The notes beneath the pieces are model-generated. The model ran no database searches, was not told the origin of the DNA, and saw only the letters and a list, made by a program, of their open reading frames with translations. A DNA stretch of 61,780 nucleotides, counting the filler, from Basidiobolus meristosporus CBS 931.73 (Eukaryota > Fungi > Basidiobolomycota), in assembly GCA_002104905.1 (NCBI GenBank). It is 4 parts of 4 records of this genome, joined end to end, with 100 filler letters (N's around TTAATTAATTAA, not from the genome) between each part and the next. Parts side by side here need not be neighbours in the genome. Positions count along the whole stretch, not along the records: positions 16,557 to 41,851 come from MCFE01000933.1; positions 41,952 to 56,263 come from MCFE01001181.1; 2 more parts are not named here. One strand, 5' to 3'. The position numbers and the translations under genes were made by a program. Shown here piece by piece: positions 41,101 to 50,063 of this stretch (the stretch's first letter is position 1; each line of letters begins with the position of its first letter).

Positions 41101-41851
41101 ATAGTCAGGCGTACGATTGCTCGATGTGGTACAAGCACGCCTTTGGGAATTCCTGTGGAGCCAGAAAGTGTACATTGCATATGCGATGGCTACGCTGGAA
41201 CCACTAGAGATCACATTCGGAGCATCGATAATTATGTCTGTACTATCCGGGTTGTCACTTAAACGAAGCAGCGGTGTATTAAGCACGGATGGGATTTGAG
41301 TATTTTCGGTGGTAACCAACAGCCGTGCTGCACAATCGTCAATAATAAATGCTTGACGATCGGCAGGTGCCTTCGGATCGATCGGAACGTAGGCAGCTCC
41401 GACCTTGAGAATCGCAATTTGCATGACAATCAGCTCAGTGGATCTCTTCAGTAGGGTAGCAATAAAGTCTCCCGGTTGGATACCAAGTGCCTTAAGCTGC
41501 TGCGCATACCAGTTAGCGCGTGCATTCAGTTCCCGGAAAGTCAAAGCCTGATCTCTGTAGACAACGGCGATGGCATCTGGAGTTTGGTCCACCTGATTCT
41601 CAAACAGCTGGTGAACACGTATGTGATGAGGACAAGGCTTATCAGTATCATTCCACGATTGAATTAATAAGTGGCGTTCATCCGTAGGCAAGATCTCAAG
41701 GTCTCCGACTGATGTGTTCGGTGCATGATTCAAAGCCTCATCTAGACTCTGTAGAGCCTGCTGCATGTAGTTACAAATGCGAGACGAATCATATGGCGAA
41801 CAGCTTGAGCAGTTAATCCCAATGATACTCCTCCATCTTCTACAGACATAG
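26180..41851 (-). CDS. Bacterial-type multimodular NRPS, 5'-truncated at the contig end: (C-end)-A1-T1-E/C-A2-T2-E/C-A3-T3-LCL-A4-T4-E/C-A5-T5-TE
   Basis: 4741-aa ORF 26180-40405 plus frameshifted pieces 40344-41851. A motifs (YTSGSTGxPKG, GELxIGGxGVxRGYL, YxTGD), five GGHSLL carriers, three HH(I/M)xxxxGD dual E/C N-termini, one [20 protein letters not shown] domain, TE GWSFG. No introns evident. Confidence 0.95.
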
Positions 41852-41951
41852 NNNNNNNNNNNNNNNNNNNNNNNNNNNNNNNNNNNNNNNNNNNNTTAAT
41901 TAATTAANNNNNNNNNNNNNNNNNNNNNNNNNNNNNNNNNNNNNNNNNNNN
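41852..41951. other. Artificial assembly spacer
   Basis: 44N-TTAATTAATTAA-44N. Confidence 0.97.
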
Positions 41952-41994
41952 ATGATTTAGACTCCTCCAAAGTTTCTTGGCCATTGGCCCTATG

Positions 41995-42198
41995 AAAAAT
42001 TATTGTGATGATTCCATCAAAAGGCTGTCACAGATTCTAAGTCCTGTGACTAAGAGGTATTGATTCCAACATGACACCATGCCAAGACCTTCAAAAAAAT
42101 TATTGTGATGATTCCATCAAAAGGCTGTCACAGATTCTAAGTCCTGTGACTAAGAGGTATTGATTCCAACATGACACCATGCCAAGACCTTCAAAAAA
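41995..42198. repeat. 100-bp perfect tandem duplication
   Basis: TATTGTGATGATTCC...CTTCAAAAAAA at 42001 and 42101; lies near a contig end, so it may be an artefact. Confidence 0.75.
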
Positions 42199-42899
42199 AT
42201 AATTGCACTCCAGATATCATAAGAAACTTGGTCAAAATTTTTCATCACAACAATACAAAAGTGGCTTTTGATTGGTTCTCTGCCAATTTTCTCACTTTCT
42301 GATCCCAGACACTCTATCACCTCCTACATTTGTGTGCATTGATTGGCTATTGCTTCTTCTTCACACTCCTTACTACCTGATTCAACTGTTTCTCTTACTT
42401 TTCATGCTTACAAATTGATTCATATCTGTTGAAGCTTCAATTGTACCTCAATTGCCAATTGTATTGATGTATACAAGTCCCTATACCCTACACTAACATT
42501 AAGTCTAACCCCACACTCAACAAGTAACTCCATTAAAATCCACCACTCAATGAGTATTCCTGCTATAACACTCTATTTTCATAACTTTGGCAGCAACCCT
42601 ATGGCTTTATGCCATTGTTCATTACTGGTTCCCATATATCCTGGTCTTCAGCTAGCACTGCAAGGTCTAGCTCCTCATCTGCTAGTCTTTGCAATAAGTC
42701 CTTGCAATATTCAGGTGTGTTTTCTTAAGCACTGCTCTTGAAGAAGTGCTGCAACCTCTTGGTGTGCCTATTATTGTTTCAAAATTCCACCATAGGCATA
42801 GTGATAACCTTTTGAGTTCTTGATGTTGTTACTTTGTCTGTCAGTGGGATCTCCACTCTGTCAACAATGGAGGATGTGGTAGACAAATTGCCTTTTGCT

Positions 42900-44606
42900 G
42901 CAAACTAATCTACCTCACTGGAGTATAGCTCAACTGGCTGCACTTCCAACTCTTGCAAAAACAGCTGTTTTTGTGTTGGTAATTCTTCTTGGCTATGATG
43001 GGATTCAATCTGTTCCAGGCTTACAGTGTTAATTGGCAAGAACTGCAGCTTTTTTCTAATGCTTCCCTGTCTCTGGCTTAGGTAGACTTTTCCCCTATAC
43101 CTTTTCCTTTATCACTGCCAGGTCTTTCACTGCTACTCTGTCTGAGTGCTTCCTGTATTGAACTATGTTTTCTCCATGATAAAAGCTGCTCTGATGCATC
43201 TGTTTGGCCTGCTTGTCCCATGCTGGCACTCTGTGGGCAACCTGACACTTCTTTCCTGCCTGTTTCAAGCTCTCAGCCCATGCTATGGCAGGCTCGTGAG
43301 GTAGCCACTTGTTTCTATCACTGTCAGGTCCTTCAATGCTGCTTTGATGAAGTACTTCTTGAGTTGAACTACGCTTTTTCCTTAGTAAATGTTGAGCTAG
43401 TGCATCTGTGTCTTCCTGCTTCTGCCTCATTTGCACTCTTCCAGCTACCTGATGCCTCTTTGATGCTTGTTTGGGGCTTTTGGCCCTGCTTGTAATGGGC
43501 TCTTGAGGAAGCTACTGGTTTTTAGCCATTGAACCCTTGTTCTTCCGCTTTTGAAAGTTTCTGCTATTCTTGAGATACTTTCTTAGCATACCAATGCTGG
43601 CCCAAAATTCATTTGCTTGTTTGAATCAAGGATAATGCTCAGGGAGCAAGTCAAGCACATTCTGCTTGGCCTTGAGTTCCTGATGGTCCCATGGAATGCC
43701 AGCCTTGAGGTGTTGGCATGCTAAACTTCTAACAGCCTCTTGAATATTAGCCTACACTTCATCATTGCACTCATTGGCTTAACTGATCTTCAATGTCTTT
43801 TGGTTTTTAGGCTTAGGTATAAACACTACATTTTCTCTCTCCCATGCAGTGATAGGTTTTTCTGTGGGCTTTATCATTGGGCATTATTGTTGTGCTTCAA
43901 AGACTGTAGAGTGTTTCTCTGCTGTTACATTGGGAAATGGCTCAGTTCTTGGCTGAGACATTGAGCTACTTAAGTTCCTTCTTTGCAGCAAAGAAACTAC
44001 TTTTGCTACCTTGGATATTGTTTGCTCTACACCTGTTACCTGCTCATTTTATTTCTGGACTGTTTCCTAATTTCTCTGGGCCATTGTATTTATCCAATCA
44101 GCCACCACACCTAATTGCTTCATTAATGCTTTGGCTTGAGCTGGCAACATACTTGCTAATATGGGTGGTGGTGATGTGACAACAGCCACTTGCTGGTCTT
44201 CAACTGAAGGTGTTGCTCTTGCTACATTCTTGTCTGCTTCAGCAATATAGTCAGCTAGCAGCTCTGCAGAGATTCCCAATTGCATACTTGACTGCAAGCC
44301 TGAGCATTCTGCATTATTCCCTTCAGTAGGCACACTGTCCACAGGGCCTTTTTTGGTTGTAGCCCCACTTGTTGCACCAAATGTCAAAGCAAGCTGTTGT
44401 CCAACTGTTCTTCTGTTGCTGTCAGTGGTGGGATTTGGTTGGGAACCAGACAACATTGCTTTATTTTTTAGCTGCATATATACTGAAGTGAGTCAAGCCA
44501 AAAGGGAAATGGTGTTACATATACATGAGTTTGTGGTGCCGCAACTTTATTTATAATGCTTACTATGGCTGGTCATCATTGAATCTTACATACATGTAGA
44601 TGCAAT
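42900..44606 (-). pseudogene. Decayed copy of the CACTA-associated ORF seen at 60250-61780
   Basis: 44067-44477 translation (LSGSQPNPT.D.NRRTVGQQLALTF) matches 60407-61132 in inverted orientation; homology ends at 44606. Left boundary approximate. Confidence 0.85.
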
Positions 44607-44972
44607 AGACTTGTTCTGTTGAATAGTGCCACATTGAGTCATGAGTGCCAAATGATGCTATAGTGTGCCAGAGAGGCCAAGTATAGGTTCACTTGGCCAC
44701 AGAGTGTGAAGCATAGCTCTGCATCTTCATGCAAAGCAGCCCCTGTGCTTCATCCATTGTGTTGGAGAAAAATCATTTTCTGACCTTTTTTTTAGGTTAT
44801 TGTTGTGCAGGATGTGTAAGAGCACAAAAGGATTGAAGATATGCATCTGGTACTCAATACCCATAGCACTCTGAATCTAGCCCCTGTGGCTTGTAACATG
44901 TCACAAAAATGCATGGCACTATCTTGGTCCACCGGTACTATCTGGCACTATATTTAATTATTAGCACTAAAG
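44607..44972. mobile_element. One end of a MITE-family element (AGACTTGTTC terminus, GTGCC subterminal motifs), truncated by the telomeric array
   Basis: Starts AAT|AGACTTGTTC like 59088-59100; the homologous site near 60280 lacks it; no second terminus before 44975. Confidence 0.65.
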
Positions 44973-44975
44973 TAA

Positions 44976-45500
44976 GGGGGGGAGGAAAGTCACCAAGTGG
45001 TGAAATCTTTATTTACTTATGACAAGTATCTAAAGAAGCCAAGTTAATCTGAAGTTATTCCTAGAAAGCTAGGTCTGAGAGATATCTTCCTGGTAAGCCA
45101 GGTCTGAGAGTTGAGAGCTGAGTAGTACTATATTTCCTAGTTAGCTAGGTCTGAGAGAGGTTTCCTGGAAAGCCAGGCCTGAGAAATGAGAATCTGGATA
45201 TATCTGAGCTAAGTTATACTGGTTTGTGGTAGCTGAATTGTGGCCGGAATGGCCAGTAGACTGGGGGAACTGAGATGAATATCTGGGCGATCACTGGCCA
45301 AATATACTAGGCAAATCTGGCCAATTAGCATTTCAAGGATTTCAGCCAATCAGAGCCTTTACTTTGCCCAACGGTTGATCAAGCCATCTCCCAATGAGCA
45401 CACATCAATTTATTAATCAAATTTTGCTGGATCCAGGATTTGAACCCACAACCATGGGTATGGAAGGGTTAGGGATAACCACAAGGCTAAGTGTTCTTGG
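44976..45500 (-). mobile_element. tRNA-derived SINE (apparently full length) with the 3' tail of the telomeric LINEs
   Basis: Minus strand: A-box-like TAGCCTTGTGG (45489-45479) and B-box GGTTCAAATCC (45446-45436) 32 nt apart; no TTTT run in the sense strand; non-coding body with a 76-bp internal duplication; 3' AAATAAAGATTTCACC-ACTT-GGTGAC..CCCCCCC shared with the LINEs. Confidence 0.8.
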
Positions 45501-45503
45501 TTA

Positions 45504-48500
45504 GGGGGGAGACAGTCACCAACAGGTGAAATCTTTATTTCAGTTGAAACAAAGAAGCCAGCGCTACTGTTGTAGCTTTGATACAAGAGTGTGTAGCTGA
45601 GGGGAATTTGTAGGTAAGTTAATAAGAAGTGATGATAGTTCTTCAGTGCTCAAGACACTGTTGAGTGGGAAGGGGGGTAGCAAGAGAGGTAAGAATGACT
45701 TGTGAACAACATTAATGAGGGGAATGTGATAAGGATTGATATTCATCATAAAGGGAGTGTGCTGCTGCAGATATTGCTGCCAAAGGTCTGTCAAGTACTT
45801 CAGGTAGGCCAGCTTGGGTTTTTCTGACTGTAGAATAAATTCAGCAAACTTCTTGACTTCAGGATCTCCAAGTATAGTTCTCCAGCAGGAGCCAGGTGTT
45901 GTGTGGTGTGTTCTCTTCCATGCCTTAATCAGTGGGTTGGTGCAGTTGTGAAGTCTGAGGTATAATCTGGTTCTAAGGTAGAGAAGTCTGATCTTATAGG
46001 GCATAAACCCAAAAGCACCAAGAATAGCATGTCTGTAGGGGCATTCAGGCAAATGAGGCACCAAGGAGGTAATGCACCATACTGCAAACTTGTCAAGCTT
46101 AGTGCAGTCTCTAGAAGTAAGAGAGAGAAGTGGTAAGCCAAATTCCAGGACAGGGAAGACAAACTGCTTGAGTAGAAGGAGGCAGCTGGGAGCTGAAGTT
46201 GTAGGAGGAGTAACAGCCAGTAGCTTGTGGAGTGCCTGTCTTGCTAGGATAATTCTCTTCTTCAGGTGTGCTCCAGAGTCTAGTCCAGTAGGAAGGAAAG
46301 GAAAGCCAAGATATGTAGCAGAAACCTGAGCAGGTAGAGTGGAGTTCTCCAAGTTGATGGGAGAGCCCAAAGGTACTGTCTTTGCAATGGAAAGCTGGAG
46401 ATTATTCTTCTGCAGATACTGGTGGATGGTCTGGGAGTCTTGTTGCACATTGGAGGAGGATATTCTGATGTCATCAGCAAAGAGAGTAACCAGGCAGTCA
46501 GCTGAGAGTCTTGGGAAATCATTCAGGAAGATGGCAAACAGTATAGGACCAAGCACAGAGCCTTGAACCACTCCATTTGGAACTGAGAACACAGCTGATT
46601 GCTCACTTGGGTGCAGAATTCTTGCTTGTGGATCCAGAAACAGAGACCTGACAAGGAGGGTGAGAGAGGTACTGGAGAAGCATTGCAACTTGGACCAAAG
46701 CAGATTTCTGTCAACTGAATCAAAGGCCTTAGTAATATCAAACAGAACAGAGGGATACTTGCACTGGAGAGAGTGATCTTGGCTAAGTATGACTGCATAT
46801 TCCAAGGAGAGGCCAGGAACAAAGCCAAACTGTGCAGGATGAAACTTGAGTGAGTCAGAGTAGAGCTCCTGAGCAAGCAGAAGCTCAAACACCTTTCTGC
46901 AGGTGGGCAGCAGAGATATTGGCCTGTAGGAGCTAGGATCCAGGTGCTTTCCTTTACCCTTGTACAGTGGCAGAACATTTGCAAAGGACCATTCCTCAGG
47001 AGTAGAAAGCTGGGCTGAGCATTGCTGAAACAGTGGAAGCAGAAGTGCAGACATGGCCTTGGTACTAGTCTTGAGAAGCTCATAAGAGATTGTGTCCACA
47101 CCTGGAGCAGTAGAGTTGGGAAGCCTCTTGAGCACATTATGGATTCTCCTTTGATCAAGTGCAAGTGGGATGGGCAGAGTCTTGAAGTCAGGATGAAAGC
47201 CAGGAGTTGAGTACTGCTTTGTAGAGAAGAAGATGTTAGCCAGCTGTTCTGTTGAAGGTAACTTCCTGGAAGAGGGCCTCATTGCCCTGTAGAGTCTTGA
47301 TACTGTTCTTGTTATAGAGTTGGAAGATTGCAGAGGCAAAGAACTCATAATATGATCCCAGAGCTGAGTATGCAGAGTGTGGTGAATTGCCTTGGAGTGG
47401 TGTATTGCTGTCAGGAGGAGTTTCTCTGTTTTTGGGTTAGGGAAACTCAGGTAGCTTTGTTGCAGGGCTGAAACAATGGATTCCCATTTTCTTGAGGTAA
47501 CAGCAGTAGTCTTGCATGGCAGTGAGAGGGAGGCTGAGACACCAGAATCAGATGCTTCACAAAGAGCCAGGAATAGTTGAGATCATCTGGCAGAGAAAGT
47601 AGCAAACTGGCAAGCTTCAAGTAGTTCCCAAAGTCTTTCTTCTGATTCTTGGTAGCTTTGTGGGTGAGCACAGTAAGTTTTGGCAGCTTCTTCTTCACAA
47701 CTGGTTGCATAGAAAGGGACCAGGCTGGGTGGTCAGAGGCTTCAAGGATCCTAGCTCAGCTCCAGAGAATTGCTTAACTTCATCCACAAAGTAGAGGGCA
47801 GCAGCAGAAGGGCAGATCCAGTCAACACATCTTTTCTCAGATTGAGCACCTAGTGCTAGCAGATGGCTTTCTCTCAGGAAGTTCAGTAGGAATGTAGACC
47901 TTGGCTTCATTCTTGCAGTCAGAGTAGTCTTGTTCTCAGGATGGGGAATGTTGAGATCTCCAAGCAAGATAACAGGTGTTGATATAGATTGCTGGTATTG
48001 CTGAACTTTCTGGCATATAACTTGCACTTCCTGAAGGGCAAGACTTGGAGGCAGATAGCAGAGCACCAGACTGATAGTTGGTAACTGGAGAGCAGCACAG
48101 TAAGGGGAGTAAAGAGGAACACAGAGCTGAGGAGTATTGATGGTAGAAGAGTATGAAGCAGATAGAGGAGGTATTCTTTGTTCTAGGAGTAGAAAAGCAA
48201 TATAGATTAGTCAAAAGTATAGAGGATAGCTGGACATCAATCAAACACAGGAGGGAAAATCTTGAAAGAAGTCTCTCTAGAGTTGGTCTTGATGGCTGTA
48301 TGCTGTTGCAGTTAAGCAACAGAACTTCAGGTAGTCAGGCAGAGGTTGTAGCTTCTTCAGAGGCAGCATTGACAATGTGACCTGCAGAGTCCCAGAGCTC
48401 TTCAAATGGTGCATCACTTAAGTCAGCAAGGAGGGAAATGGCATGATTCTTGAGGAAGTATGCCACATCATAGGAGGGGGCTTGTCTCTTGATGGCGCAA

Positions 48501-49910
48501 AGAAAGACAGAATGGCAACATGGGCTGGAGGCTTGTTGAACAGTAGAGAGTCAGAGGATTCAGATTCTTCAGGCACTATCTTGAAGTCAGTTTTCAGCCA
48601 GTTAAGGTTCTTCTCCACAAAGGCAACAAATGGGTCAGCAATGTTTTGGTCTAGGATAACCTCCAGAATCTTCCCTTTTCTCCAGGCCAGGTTGACAATT
48701 CTTGAGAGCTGAATATTGCATGCCTTGAGTGCTTTCCTGATGTTCAAAATGGGAGTCCAGGGAACTTGCTTCAAGTACACCACAGTCCAGGTAGAAGCTG
48801 GTGGAAGGTTTGCTGGGGGCTTGTAAGTCCTTCTGTGTTGCAATGGAGCTGCAGTAGTCAGATTGGAGTCCACATTCTCAGTAGAGGTTTTCTTGATGTG
48901 TCTTGCTGAATGGTACTGGAGCTGGATGTGCTGATAATTCTTGCTAGAACCTTGCCTGCATAAGTCTGAGGTATAGCTGAGGTGACTGTAGAGGTGGTGG
49001 CAGCTGGTGCAGGTGGAGAGGCAGAAACTGAAGCAGGAACTGAGGTCACCTGGGAGAAGGCAGTAGAAGCAGGTTTTCTGGGAGGAACAGAGTTCACTAT
49101 CCAGTTGTTCTGTAAAACACTGGAGTAGCTTTTCTGTGGAACAGGATCTTGCTCTTGAACAGGAACAGAAGCAGGAGGCTGGGGCTGAGCAGTAGTGGTA
49201 AGGCAGTGGCACTCCAAGGAAGCTTTTTGCAAGGCATCTCTGGCAGTTTTCAGGGCAGTATTGGCTTCATTCTTGAGCTTCTTGCATTGGGCATCCAGTC
49301 TCTTGTTTTCAATAGCCAGGGCAGTATTGGCAGCCTCTAAATCAGCAATTCTCTTCTCAATTGCAAGGAATCTCTGAAGAAATGCATCAGTAGAAGTGCT
49401 GGCATCTGGGAGAGCAGTGGCAGGAATAGAGTCCATTGACAGTGGGCTTCTTGGAGGCAAGGAAAGTGGACTGGCAGATTCAGGCACAAAAGGAGATATC
49501 CTGGCAGGAGGAGAAGGAGTATCCAAGGCAGTAACAGAGGCAATTCTTGTTGGTGAAGCAGCAGCAGGGGAGGCAAGCCTGTTCAGAAACTGGGCAGGAG
49601 AGAGTGCTTGAGGAGAGGGAGTCTTCAGCTTGCCAAGCATGTCTTCCATCAGAGTGATACCAATATTCCTGGTGCATTTGCAGAGAAAAGTAAGCTTCCT
49701 GAGTCTGCCAGCTCTTCCATTCCTTCTGATAGTTCCTTTGTTTCCACAGTTGGGGCAAGAAATCTTCTTGACAGACTTGTCAAAGCAATCAAGAACCTTC
49801 CTTTCAGGTGTAGTGGGCTCCTGTTGAGGTTTTGGTGGCATATCCAGAGTTTCAGCTTCAAATTTCAATTTTTGAGATTTTTGGGTGATTTTTGATGGGC
49901 GGGATCAAAA
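45504..49910 (-). mobile_element. Telomere-associated non-LTR retrotransposon family B, near full length (ORF1 + APE-RT ORF2), frameshifted
   Basis: ORF1 ATG 49841 to ~48418 (CxxC..CxC finger, coiled coil, RRM-like C-terminus). ORF2: APE motifs LNCNSI, LCLID, CYLPP, GDLN, VDWI, SDH (48320-47720), RT 45564-47348 (APGVD, SYRPISLL, QFGF, FDITKAFDSV, GVVQGSVLGP, FADD). The 5' end may extend to 50057. Confidence 0.92.
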
Positions 49911-50063
49911 TTAGGGTTAGGGTTGCGCGCTGTGACTGCTTTTTACGATCGCAAGGTCAGACCTAGGAAAAATAAATAGTTAGTAAGGTGATTAATGGAT
50001 GGATGGATGGATTCGAGTCAGATTCAATCAAAAATCAAATCGTTGACTAATTAAAGAGGGTTA

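Noticed and set aside
41852-41951. Claim that the NRPS lies ~15 kb from the telomere
   Set aside because: It depends on a spacer join of unknown reliability; non-telomeric sequence also follows the telomere tract after the next spacer.
45430-45497. Functional tRNA gene
   Set aside because: Acceptor, D and T stems do not pair properly, the B box reads TTCAA, and the sequence continues into a LINE-like tail.
44976-45500. Telomerase RNA gene
   Set aside because: Only a 9-nt template-like motif; it has a retroposed structure with a truncated second copy, and no pseudoknot or other TER elements could be identified.
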